A stretch of 64,000 nucleotides of DNA from Heterodontus francisci. Its lineage: Eukaryota. The translations under genes and the position numbers were made by a program. The stretch spans positions 7,356,304 to 7,420,303 of the forward strand of contig NC_090418.1 of NCBI RefSeq assembly GCF_036365525.1, written 5' to 3'. The notes under the pieces are model-generated. The model was not told the origin of the DNA. It did not search any database and saw only the letters and a program-made list of their open reading frames with translations. Shown one piece after another: positions 1 to 12,849 of this stretch (its first letter is position 1; every line of letters starts with the position of its first letter).

Positions 1-2378
1 CACTGACAATCACACTGGCAATCACACTGACCATCGCACTGTCCATCGCACAGATCATCATACTGACCATCACACTGACCAACACCCTGACTGTCACACT
101 GACCATCACTGACCATTACACTGACCATCGCTGACCATCACACTGCCCATCACCCTGACCGTCACCCTGACTATCACACTGACCATCACTGACCATCGCC
201 CTGACCGTCACTGACGATCACACTGACGATCACACTGACCGTCACATTGACCATCACACTGACCGTCACACTGACCATCACACTGACCGTCACATTGACC
301 ATCACACTGACCGTCACACTGACCATCACACTGACCATCACTGACGATCACACTGACCGTAACTCTGACCATCACATTGACCATCACACTGACTGTCACA
401 CTGTCCGTCACATTGACCATCACACTGACCATCACCCTGACCGTCACCCTGACCATCACTGACGATCATCCTGACCATCACATTGACCATCACACTGACT
501 GTCACACTGACCGTCACATTGACCATCACACTGACCATCACCCTGACCATCACTGACGATCATCATGACCATCACACTGACCGTCACATTGACCATCACA
601 CTGACCATCACCCTGATCATCACTGACGATCATCCTGACCATCACACTGACCGTAACTCTGACCATCACATTGACCATCACACTGACTGTCACACTGGCC
701 GTTACATTGACCATCACACTGACCATCACCCTGACCGTCACCCTGACCATCACACTGACCATCACTGACCATCGCCCTGACCGTCACTGACGATCACACT
801 GACGATCACACTGACCGTCACATTGACCATCACACTGACCATCACCCTGATCATCACTGACGATCATCCTGACCATCACACTGACCGTAACTCTGACCAT
901 CACATTGACCATCACACTGACTGTCACACTGGCCGTTACATTGACCATCACACTGACCATCACCCTGACCGTCACCCTGACCATCACACTGACCATCACT
1001 GACCATCGCCCTGACCGTCACTGACGATCACACTGACGATCACACTGACCGTCACATTGACCATCACACTGACCATCACACTGACCATCACACTGACCAT
1101 CACTGACAATCACACTGACCGTCACACTGACCATCACACTGACCATCACTGACCATCACACTGACCGTCACACTGACCATCACTGACAATCACACTGACC
1201 ATCACACTGACCGTCACACTGACCATCACTGACAATCACACTGACCATCACACTGACCATCACACTGACCATCATCCTGACCATCACACTGACAATCACA
1301 CTGACCTTCACACTGACCATCACTGACAATCACACTGACCGTCACACTGACCATCACACTGACCATCACACTGACCGTCACACTGACCATCACTGACCAT
1401 CTCCCTGACTGTCACCCTGACCATCACACTGACCATCACACTGACCATCACTGACTATCTCCCTGACTGTCACCCTGACCATCACACTGACCATCACCTT
1501 GACCATCACACTGACCATCACACTGACCGTCACACTGACCATCACTGACAATCACACTGACCGTCACACTGACCATCACACTGACCATCACTGACAATCA
1601 CATTGACCATCACACTGACCATCACACTGACCATCACCCTGACCGTCAGACTGACCATCACACTGACCGTCACACTGACCATCACTGACAATCACACTGA
1701 CCATCACACTGACCATCACTGACAATCACATTGACCATCACACTGACCATCACCCTGACCATCACCCTGACCATCACACTGACCTCCACCCTGACCATCA
1801 CCTTGACCATCACACTGACCATCACTGACCATCTCCCTGACTGTCACCCTGACCATCACACTGACCATCATCCTGACCATCACACTGACCGTCACACTGA
1901 CCATCACACTGACCATCACTGACAATCACACTGACCGTCACACTGATCATCACTGACAATCACACTGACCGTCACACTGACCATCACCCTGACCGTCACA
2001 CTGACCATCACTGACCATCTCCCTGACTGTCACATTGACCATCACACTGACCATCATCCTGACCATCACACTGACCGTCACACTGACCATCACACTGACC
2101 ATCACTGACAATCACACTGACCGTCACACTGATCATCACACTGGCCACCACCCTGACCATCACCTTGACCATCACAGTGACCGTCACCCTGACCGTCACC
2201 CCGACCGTCACACTGACCATCACTGACCATCACACTGACCATCACACTGACCATTGCACTGACCATTACCCTGACCATCACACTGACCATCACACTGACC
2301 ATTGCACTGACCATTACCCTGACCGTCGCACTGACCATCGCACTGACTATCACCCTGACCGCCACACTGTCCATCACT
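1..2378. repeat. Minisatellite of 10/12-bp units (CACTGACCAT / CACACTGACCAT variants), truncated by window start
   Basis: Continuous tandem CACTGACCAT(CA) variants; the ORFs here (DGQC/TLTI repeats) are translations of the repeat. Confidence 0.95.
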
Positions 2379-2677
2379 CTGATCTTTGCTGTCTCTCACT
2401 CTGACCCTCAGAGTTAGGAGAACACAGTCGGTGTCCATGAAGCCTCCACTCTGTGTTAGTGGTGAAGGGTGTGTGCACCGAGGTGGCAGGCACTATATTC
2501 TCGAATGTACTTGAAATAAAGTTGGCAATGACACTAAGTCTCCTCGTTTCTTGCTCCTGTGTTTCGGTCTCTCCTTTCACATTCTGCTCATCCACTCCCA
2601 GTCGATAAGCCGGTAGGTGCCTTGCTTATTAATTAGACATTTCAGGAAAGGGTCTGAGACCTCAGGCTACACCAAAA

Positions 2678-2938
2678 CCCAGATCTCAGGCTCGGCCCAG
2701 CCCTCAGGCTGACCAAGGCCCAGATCTCAGGCTCGGCCCAGCCCTCAGGCTGACCAAGGCCCAGATCTCAGGCTCGGCCCAGTCCTCAGGCTGACCAAGG
2801 CCCAGATCTCAGGCTCAGCCCAGCCCTCAGGCTGACCAAGACCCAGATCTCAGGCTCGGCCCAGCCCTCAGGCTGACCAAGGCCCAGATCTCAGGCTCGG
2901 CCCAGCCCTCAGGCTAACCAAGGCCCAGATCTCAGGCT
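2678..2938. repeat. 41-bp tandem repeat, about 6.5 copies
   Basis: Unit CCCAGATCTCAGGCTCGGCCCAGCCCTCAGGCTGACCAAGG recurs at 2678, 2719, 2760 and onward. Confidence 0.95.
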
Positions 2939-3289
2939 ACATCCAAAGGCCCATTGTCAGAGTCAACGGAGCCTTCGAGACCAAATGTGCCCGCCAATGA
3001 AGATGACCTTCACTGCGGTGTCCATTTTTTGCCTCCCAGTGTTGTGCATGGCACAGGCCGCACTGAGCTGTACACAACAGGAGGTCCCAGGTTAATTTGC
3101 TGCCCTGACAACAACGTTGAGCAGATAGCCAGTCCTCCTGCAGCCGCATCCATTTGATTGAGGTGAGGATGGGAAGGTGGAGGGAGAGAACACTGGGAGA
3201 TAAACAAATGCATTGAGCTCTATTTCACATTCCACTTGACTAATCCAGTGCTCTCCTGGCCAGCTTCCCATCATCTGCTCCCTGTAATC

Positions 3290-3750
3290 TTGAGCTCATT
3301 TAAAACTCTGCTGCCTGTGTCCTAACTCACACCAATTCCTGTTCAACCATCACCCTCTGCACTGACCTACACTGGCTCCCAGTCCCCCAGTCCATCAATG
3401 CCTTGCTTTTAAAACTCTCAACCTTGTTTTCAAATCCCTCCCATGGCGTCGCCCCTCCCTACCTCTGTAACCTTCCCCGAGCCTCCGAGATCTCTGAGCT
3501 CCTCCAATTCCAGCCTCTTGAGCATCCCTGATTTCCATCACCCCACCATTAGTGGCCGTACTTTCAGCTGTCTGGGCCCTAAGCTCTGGAATTCCCTCCC
3601 TAAACCTCTCTGCCTCTGTAAGATGCTCCTTAAAACTGACCTCTTTGACCGAGCTGTCCCTAATTTCTCCTTACGTGGCTCGGTCTCAAATTTTTGTTTG
3701 TGAAGCACCTCGGGACATTTAGGGTGCTATAGAAATGTAGATTGCTGTCG
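3290..3750 (+). mobile_element. L2-type LINE 3' fragment / SINE tail
   Basis: Degenerate 'IGGRAFSCLGPKLWNSLP' motif; related copies at 16360-16815, 26290-26750 and 41312-41540 (minus). Confidence 0.7.
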
Positions 3751-3834
3751 TTGTCATTCACTGTAAAAGTTATCTTCAGGAACCAGCTGAGATTATTGCC
3801 AGTTGCAAACTTTCAGGTTTCGGAGATGCCTTAT

Positions 3835-6800
3835 TATAGAATCATAGAAAGTTTAAGGCACAGAAAGAGGCCACTTCGTCCATTGTGTCTGTGCCGGCTG
3901 AAAAACGATCCTCCCGTTCTAATCCCGCCTTCCAACATTTGGTCCCTAGCCCTGCAGTTTACGGCACTTGAGGTGCATATCCAGACTCCTTTTGAATGAG
4001 TTGAGGATCTCTGTGTCAACTGTCCCTTTCAAGCAGTGAGTTACAGACCATCACACCCTCTGGGTTGAAAGGTTTTTCCTCATCTCCCCTCTAATTTTTC
4101 TACCAATCACTTTAAATCTATGCCCCCTTGTCATTGACCTCTCTGCTAAGGTGAATAGACCCTTCACCTTCACCTCCACTCTATCCAGGCCCATCACAAA
4201 TTTGTACATTTCAATCCGATCTCCCCTCAGCCTTCTCTGTTCCAAGGAGAACAACCCCAGCCTATCCAATCTTTCCCTATAGCTGCATTTTTCCAGTCCT
4301 GGCAACATCCTTGTAAATCTCCTCTGTACCCTCTCTAGTGCAATTACATCCTTTCTGTAATGAGGTGACCGGAACTGCACACAGTACTCAGGTTGTGGCC
4401 TAACCAATGAGTTGTACAGTTCCAGCATAACCTCCCTGCTCTTGTATTCTATACCTCAGCTAATAAAGGAAAGGATTCCATATGCCTTCTTAACCACTTT
4501 ATCGAACTGTCCTGCTACCTTCAGGGATCTGTGGACATTCACTCCAAGATCCCTCACTTCCTCTACACCTCTCAGTATTTTCCCATTAATCGTGTATTCC
4601 TTTGCCTTGTTTGACCTCCCCAAATGCATCACCTCACACTTCTCCAGGTTGAATTTCCATTTGCGACTTTTCTGCCCATCTGACCAGACCATCAATATCT
4701 TCCTGCAGCCTACAGCTATCCTCCTCACTATCTACTACACGGCCAATCTTTGTGTCGTCTGCAAACCTCTTGATCATGCCCCCTACATTTACATCCAAAT
4801 CGTTAATATACACCAAATAAAGCAGGGGACCCAATACTGAGCCCTGTGGAATGCCTCTGGAAACAGTCCTCCAGTCGCTAAAACTGCTGTCATCAATTAC
4901 CCTTTGTTTCCTGCCACTGAGCCAATTTTGTATCCACCTTGCCGCATTTGCCCGGATCCCATGAGATTTAATTTTTTTAACCAGTCTGCCATGTGGGACC
5001 TTGTCAAAAGCCTTGCTAAAATCCATGTAGACTACATCAACTACTCTACCCTCATCTATCTTCCATGTTACTTCTTCAAAAAATTTGATCAAGTTGGTCA
5101 AACAAGATCTTCCCTTAACAAATCCATGCTGACTATCCTTGATTAACCTGTGCCTTTCTGAGTGACACTTTATCCTGTCTTTCAGAATAGATTCCAATAA
5201 TTTGCCCACTACTGAGGTTAGACTGACTGGCCTGTAATTATTCGGTCTATCCTTTGCTCCCTTTTAAAACAGAGGTACAACGTTAGCAATTCTCCAATTC
5301 TCCGGCACTACACCTGTATCCAGTGAGGATTGGAAAATGATGGCCAGACACTCTGCTATTTCATCTCTTGCTTCTTTTAATAGCCTAGGATACATTTCAT
5401 CCGGCCCTGGTGATTTATCAACTTTCAAGGATGCTAATCCCATTAATGCTTCCTCTCTCCCTATGTTTATCACATCCAATACTTCACACTCTTCCTCCTT
5501 CTACAATATCTGCATCATCCCCCTCTTTTGTGAAGACAGATGCAAAGTATTCATTCAGAACCATACCAATATCTTCCGCTTCTACACATAGGTTACCTTT
5601 TTGGTCTTTTATGGGCGCTACTCTCTCCTTAGTTATCCTCTTACTCTTAATGTATTGTTAAAACATCTTTGGGTTCACCTTGATTTTGCTTGCCAATACT
5701 CTTTCATGCCCTCTCTTTGCTTTCCTAATTTCCTTTTTGATTTCACCCCCTCCACTTTCTACACTCCTCTCGGCTTTCTGTAGCATTGAGTTCTCGGTGT
5801 CGGACAAAAGCTTTCCTTTTCTGCCTTATCTTACCCTGTAGGCTCCTTGACATCCAGGGGCTCTAGGTTTGGCCACCTCACCCTTTTTCTTTGTGGGAAC
5901 ATGTTTACCCTGAACCCCTTGAATCTCCCCTTTGAATGCCTCCCACTGTTCTGACACTGATTTACCTTCAAGTAGCTGTTTCCAGTCCACTTCCGCTAAA
6001 TCACTCCTCAGTCTAGTAAAATTGGCCTTGCCCCAATTGAGAACTCTAACTCCTGTTCTGTCTCTGTCCTTTTCCATAATAATATTAAAACTGACTGAAT
6101 TATGACCACTTCCACCAAAATCCTCTCCCACTGCCACTCCTTTCACAAGCCCATCTTCATTTACTAAACCCACGTCTAAAACTGCGCTCTCTCTTGTTGG
6201 ACTTGCTACACACTGGGCAAAAAAGTTCTCCTGAATGCACCTCAAGAATTCTGCTCACTCAATTCCTTTCACACTAAAACTATCCCAGTTAATATTGGGG
6301 AAATTAAAATCCCGTACTATTACTTCCCTATTGTTCTTGCACTTCTCAGAGATTTGCCTACACATCTGCTCTTCTATCTCCCTCTGACTGCTTGGGAGTC
6401 TATAGTACACTCCCAGCAGTGTGAATGCCCCTTTTTTTGGTCCTTAGCTCAATCCATATGGCCTCATTGATGAACCTTCCAACATATCATCCCTCCTCAC
6501 AGCTGTAACAGTTTTCTTGACCAAAATTGCCACTCCTCCTCCTTTCTTATCCCCCTCCCTATCGCAACTGAAAACCCTGTAACCAGGAATGTTGAGCTGC
6601 CATTCCTATCCTTCCATAAGCCATGTTTCTGTAATAACTATGATATCATACTGCCACGTGTCTATCTGTGCCCTCAGCTCATCTGCTTTATTGCATTGAA
6701 ATAGATACCCTTGAGCACTGCCAAACTCTTATTTTATTTTCTAACCCTTGTTTCCTCTGTCTTCCAGACTGATCCATTAATTTTCCGCCTTCCATTTTAA

Positions 6801-7720
6801 TTTCTGATTTTGTCCCAGCTGAGTCTATCCTCAGGTCCCCATCCCCCTGCCCTCCCCAACAGCACTAGCAAAACGTCCCGCAAGGAACTCAGTCCCGGCT
6901 CTGTTCAGGTGCAACCCGTCCGGCCTTTACAGGTCCCATCTCCCCCAGCGCCGGTCCCAATGTCCCAGGAATCTGAAGCCCTCCCTCCTGCACCATCTTT
7001 CCAGCCACGCATTCATCTGTCTTATCCTTCTATTTCTATACTCATCTGTGTGCGGCACTGGGAGTAATCCGGAGATTACTACTTTTGAGGTCCCGCTCGC
7101 TAATCTCTTACCTAGCTCAGTAAACTCTTTCCGCAAGACCACATCCCTCTTTCTACCTATATCGTTGGTTCCAATGTGGACCATGACTGCTGGTTGTTCA
7201 CCCTTCCCCTTCAGGATGCTCTGCAGCCACTCAGTGACATCCTTAACTCTGGCACAAGGGAGGCAACACACCTTCCTCGATTCACATCTGTGGCCACAGA
7301 AACACCTGTCTGTTCCCCTGACTATTGAATCACCTATCACTATGGCTCTTGCTGCCTTCCCTCTACCTCACTGTGTAACTGAGCCACCCGTGATGCCATG
7401 GACTTGGCTCTGGCTGCACTCCCCAAGTGAAGCATCACTTTCTTCAGTATTCAGAACTGAATACCTGTTGGAGATTAAGATGCACTCAGGGGTCTCCTGC
7501 ACTACCTGCCTGATTCTTTTTGACTGCCTGGTGCTCACCCAGTCCCTCTCACCCTGCATACTCTTAAACTGTGGGGTGACCACATCTATAAACGTGCTAT
7601 CCACGTAGCTCTTATCTTCATGATGCGCCGCAGCGTCGCCAGCTGCTGCTCAAGTTCCAAAACCAAAAGCTGAAGCTGCTTCAATTGATGACACTTTCTG
7701 CACAAATAGTTGTCCAGGAT
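3835..7720 (-). mobile_element. Near full-length, degraded CR1 LINE (ORF1 esterase + ORF2 endonuclease/RT)
   Basis: ORF1 fragments LCRKC..LELEQQL and IGDSIVRG..VHIGTND (SGNH-like); ORF2 QHGFVKGRSCLTNL, PQGSVLGP, FADDTK; 3' ATAGAATC tail near 3835; many stops and frameshifts. Confidence 0.93.
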
Positions 7721-7722
7721 AC

Positions 7723-7990
7723 AGGAGCAGAGCGAGGCCATTCGGCCCATCGAGCCTGCTCCACCATTCAATGACATCATGGCCGATGTATTTGTGTCTC
7801 GAATTCCACACTCCCATCTACCCCCGACAACCTTTGATTTTCTTGCCTAACAAGAATATATCTACCTCTGCCTTAAAAATATTCAATGACCCCGCCTCCA
7901 CCACCTTCTGAAGCAGAGAGTTCCAAAGTTGCACAACCCTCAGAGAAAACATTTCTCCTCATCTCGGTCTTAAATGTCCGACCCCTTATT
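7723..7990 (-). mobile_element. CR1 3' fragment
   Basis: GGCCATTCGGCCCATCGAGCCTGCTCC CR1 3'-UTR signature. Confidence 0.75.
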
Positions 7991-10900
7991 TATCAAAGTA
8001 ATTCATGACAACGCCACTTCATCGGACACGTCATCAGGATGCGCCGCGGTGCGCACATGCGCAGACGGTCTCATGCCCCCTGCGCATGCGCTGCGGTCCG
8101 ACCTGCCAGGACCGTTGTGTGCATGCGCAGTTGACGTCATCGCGTTATTTCGTCTTCCTCGCCGACGCGCCAGTTTGGCCTCTGCGCATGCGTCAAAGCT
8201 TCGGCGCGACTTTTTGAAAGTGGAAGGAGGGGAGGTTTCGTCGGGCATTTTCTCGCATTTTATCTGAATTATTTATTCGTTTTGGAGACTTGCTTCATTT
8301 TTATTTGACACAGGAGATTGTTCCAAGGTAAGCTGCTCTGCCTTTGTGAGTTGCTCTGAAAACATTTCCATTGTCTGGGCCACCGCCTGTAGCAGGATGA
8401 AGGCACAGTGACTGTGATTTCTGGCGCCAAACAGTACACACTGCAGGTACATGACGGCCAGGCTACCTGCAGCTGCATCTTCTCCATTCAGACTTTGTTG
8501 CCCTGCAAACATGCTGTTGTTGTGCAGAGGCATCTGGGTCTGCCTTTGGACAGGCTCGCCCCCAATTGTCGCTGGCGTGCATCTTAGACACCAACGACGA
8601 CAGGCATGGCTGCTGCCATTGTGATTACAGAGGAACAGCCAAGGCCCCTCAGCCACAATGAAAAATACCGCTTGCTTTCAGATCAATTGTACCAGCTACA
8701 ACAGGCCGTTCTGCAGAGTGGAACGGCAGCATTCATGAGGAGACTGGACTGGCTGCGGCAACAGACTCTCCGCTGGCAGCAAGGACTGGCTGATGAGATG
8801 GAGCCATTTACTATGCCCAACAATTGCCCGGAAGCACCTTCGGATGGAGGTGGCCGCGCGCTGGACATCAGTCACGTGTCACAAACCATGGATCCTGAGC
8901 GTCTCACACCCTGGCCTAATGATCTGATGGACCATACATATGCCTGCCTGTTCAAATCTCCACTTCCCCGACCTGCGGTACCCTCTCCTTGCTGCTCAGT
9001 TACACAGTCACCTGCTCCTACACCCATCAGAGCAGTGCTCATGGGCACACAGTTACCTGCTCCTACACCCATCAGGGCAGTGCTCATGGACACACAGCCA
9101 CCTGTTTCCCCATCCGACGTTGAAACAACCATGCAGCCTTGTGAGACTCCGCAATTGCCAGTTGCTGCCTGTCAAGCAGAGAGGGCGTCCAAAGGGGTCA
9201 AGCACTTGGGGAACATTCAGCAAGAAGAGACTGAGCACTAAAAGAAACAAGCATGCCGTGTCCAGTGGTAGCAGAAATGTGAATGCTCTTGCTGTGAACA
9301 CAACTGGTGATAGTAGTAGGCAGGATTAAATGGGAATGGATGGAAAGACGCACGAGTAACATAACCACTAGCAGGGAACTGCTGGGCTAAATGGCCAGCT
9401 TTATGTTCATAGCCCAAAAGAAATGTGCTTCTTTTCCAGCACCCTCACATCATTCATGTTTTCCCTGAGAGCAGCAATGAACCATCACGAGATAGGGGCA
9501 GTAACATCATCCTGCCTCCTACAGCTGAGGTGGGTACTAAGTGATTCATTGGCGGTGTTATCAGTACATGCCTTTACCGCAGAACACAAAGCATGCTCAA
9601 CAGTAATTTCATTGGAGGGAGGGAAGCTCTGACACTGATGTTCTTTCCTTATTTTCTTTCATGTAAAATGTGCCCTTGAGAAAACAATCCTTGACACTTA
9701 AGGACGGCATTCAAGCAAAGGAGGCAGTGCAGGAGAGGACGCAAGGATGTGCTGAATCCTGCATCTGAGGTGGGTAATAAGTGCTTCATTGGCGACGTTA
9801 TCAATTGGTGCCTTCACTGCAGAACTTAATAAGGTGTGCACAACAGTAATTTCAGTGGATGGAGGGAGGCAAGCTCTGACTCTGATTTGCTTTATTTCTT
9901 TTCATGTAAAACATGCCGTCGAGAAAACAATCCTCGAGACTTACGGTCAGCATTCAAGCAACGAAGGCAACTGGATCATGCTGCGGAGCTGGTCACGATG
10001 TGGAAAGGAACATTGCATTTATGGATGAATTGGGAATGCACATTGGGATGCGCTTGGGGAACATTCACCAAGAATAGACTGAGCTCAGACTCTTGTGACT
10101 TTGCCTTCTTCACATGGACATTACAGTAGTGGAATAGAGAGCCAAGCGTTCATTCACCACAAGGCTCTCCAGGAACAATCTCTTTAGCTGTGCATAGCAG
10201 AGACTCGGCCTGTCTGTCTAACGGGAATGCTGGACACAACACTCATGTATCCATGCACAGCAGTTCCGCGGATACTTAATGAACTTAATAAAACTTTTCA
10301 ATAATCAAACCCAGAATTGTTGAGGTTTTGTTTTGCATGCTATTTCCCCGACTTTGCAACTGCACTTCAGATATTCAACTATGGTGGAGGGGTGGAGGTA
10401 GGGGTGGGTGAAGAGGGGGAGGGGTGGGGAGAGCGGGGAGGGGTGGGTGAAGAGGGGGAGGGGTGGGGAGAGCAGGGAGGGGTGGGGAGAGGGAGCATGC
10501 AAAATGCAGGGACCAAACAGTTGCAATGCCTGAAGTACTGTGGAGAAGTAGACAAAGCAACTGGGTTGGGCATCCGCAGCTGGAGGGAACGGCTGAATGG
10601 AGAGGGCCGGAAGCGAGAGGCCGTAGAGAGCCACGGGGAGCGAGCGTGCGAAGACCTTGGTGTCACCGGGTCCAGGGACTGGCCGGTAAGTCTTTTGCTG
10701 TTGTGTTTATGGCGCATGCACAGAAAAAGGCACTCCTCTTCCGTTCCGCTGCTCCCCCCCCAAACTCTCTCCCCTTCCTCCCTCTCCCCCCAGCTCTCTC
10801 CCTCCCCCCTTCCTTACCCCTCCCTCTTTCTCTCCCCCCCTCTTTCTCTCCCCCTCTCCCTCTTTCTCTCCCTCTCCCTCTTTCTCCCCCCCTCCCTCTC

Positions 10901-11257
10901 CCTCCCCCCCTCCCTCTCCCTCCTCCCTCTCCCCCCTCCCTCTCCCTTCCCCCCCCTCGCCCCCCGGCACCGCTACCGCTGTTCTCCCCGGCCCCCGCGC
11001 TGCTGTCCCCGGCCCCCGCGCTGATCTCCCCGGCCCCCGCGCTGCTTTCCCCGGACCCACTCCACTCTCTCACTCCGGCCATTGTATTCTGCCACGTGTT
11101 TGTCAGGTTTCATCTCTGTGATTCTTTGAGCAGCGCCATCTTTAGTCCTGGCAGCTGCGAGAGTCGCAGGCTGTGACGTTTTCGTGGCACATGCTGTATT
11201 TGCGCATGTGCCAAAACAGCGCCACCTACCGATCGCGTTGTCAACAATTGCGGTCTA
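7991..11257 (+). mobile_element. Internally deleted MULE/Mutator-like DNA transposon carrying SWIM zinc finger and ZSWIM-type C-terminus
   Basis: Frame of ORF 8606-9241 extends upstream through a TAG to TCSCIFSIQTLLPCKH (SWIM CxC..CxH, 8468-8512), then LSHNEKYR..G..F.RRL..L...W..G; imperfect inverted ends (TGACAACGC 8006 / GCGTTGTCA 11235; GCACATGCGCA; CTGCCAGGAC); no DDE core seen; boundaries approximate. Confidence 0.6.
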
Positions 11258-11564
11258 CAAAGATAGCTCCAAGAATGTGCGTGAATTGCCCAGGTTACTC
11301 AACCCAATTTAAACTATTATCAAATCATGTTTGAGCAAAGTCTGGGTGCATACAGAGAGAGACTAGGTGGAGACAGATAGGGTTTGGGCTGAAACGGGCA
11401 GAGACTGGGCAAAGACAGGCAGGTGGACACTCAGAGGGACTGGGTGGGATATTAAAGCATGTGGAAGGGGCAGGAGAGAGAGATTCGACTGGGTCGTTCA
11501 CATGGAGGGAAACAGCAGCACAGACTTGATGGCACAAATAGCCTGACTCTGTACTCAGCCATTA

Positions 11565-11920
11565 GGGGAGATGGTGGTGTAGTGGTAATATCACTGCATT
11601 AGTAATTTAAAGGTCAATGTCCTGGGGACAGAGGTTCAAATCCCACCACATATAGGTGCAATTTAATTAATTAATTAATTTTTAAAACAGTCTGGAATTG
11701 AAAGCTACTTCCAGAAATGATGCCATTGATTGTCATATATGCCCTTTAGGGAAGGAAATCTGCTGTTCTTACCTGGTTTGGCCTTCAAGTGACTGCAGAC
11801 AATGTCGTTGACTCTTAACCGCCCTTTGATAGCAAGCCGTTCCTTGTCAAGGGCAATTAGGGATGGGCAACAAATGTTGGCCTTGCCAGCGATGCCCACA
11901 TCCCATGAAAGAATAAAAGA
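11565..11920 (+). mobile_element. tRNA-derived SINE
   Basis: A/B-box-like head (TGGTGTAGTGG ... GGTTCAAATCCC); related copy at 27190-27570. Confidence 0.7.
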
Positions 11921-12849
11921 ATCCATGAAGGATATCTATCTGAAACGTGGACATGCTCTATTCTCATCCAATGCTGACTCATTTACCACATATTTTCATA
12001 GGCGTTAGTTTCGATCTTGCCTTCTGTGGATGGCTTCTTCCTTCAAAGTTCAAAGGTCATGGGTTTAACTCCCACTCCAGATACTTGAACCTGGAATCCA
12101 GATAGACTCTTCGATGCAGCAGAGAGAGGCCGCTTTGCATGACATTTCTAACAAGTATCCCAGCCGCCGTCGTCCCCCCCCCTCCACCCCCCTTCACAGG
12201 TACCTGTTAAGGATGCCACAGAACTAGCATAAGAAGACTGGGAGTTCTCCTGATATCCTGGCTGTTTCAGTCCTGTTTGCGGGAGCTTGCTGTGCATGAA
12301 TTGGCTGCTGTGTTTTCCGACATTACGTCAGTGACTACACTTCAGAAGCACTTCATTGGCTCTAAATTATTTTGGGATCTGCGAAGGTTGTGAAAGGTGC
12401 TATGGAAATGCAGTCCCGACCTGCTTACAAAAGGAGGGGTTGCTTCGGAAAAAGAGCACGTCTAGATCGAGAAAGTGGGAGACGGAGAGTAAAGAAGGGG
12501 AAAAAAAACAGCTGAAAACTCATTGAATCAGAAGGGGAAGTAGTCGGGATGTGGATGTTGTTGGCGACGCTGGTATTTATTGCCCGCCCCTTGTTGCCCC
12601 GTGAGAAGGTGTTGATGAACCGCTGCAGTCTGTTTTGTGAAGGTGCTCCCACAGTGTGGTTGAGGGGTGGGAGACTTCCAGGATATAGGGCTAGCAACAG
12701 TGATGGTACAGCAGATATATGCCCAAGATGTGCGACTTGGAAGAGAAATTTGAGGCGGTGCTCTTCCTATGATGCTTTGGCTCTTGTCCTGCTTGAGGGT
12801 AGAGCTCATAGGGGAGGGAGGTGCTATCTAAGTAGCTCTTGCTGAGTTA

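Noticed and set aside
1-2438. Repetitive ORFs (DGQC, TLTI, HHTD)
   Set aside because: Translations of a minisatellite
2400-3160. Possible exons flanking the 41-bp repeat
   Set aside because: No recognisable domain or consistent splice/phase chain; the 41-bp unit breaks frame
10317-11176. Long Pro/Ser/Gly-rich ORFs
   Set aside because: Arise from G-rich and CT-rich low-complexity sequence inside the transposon
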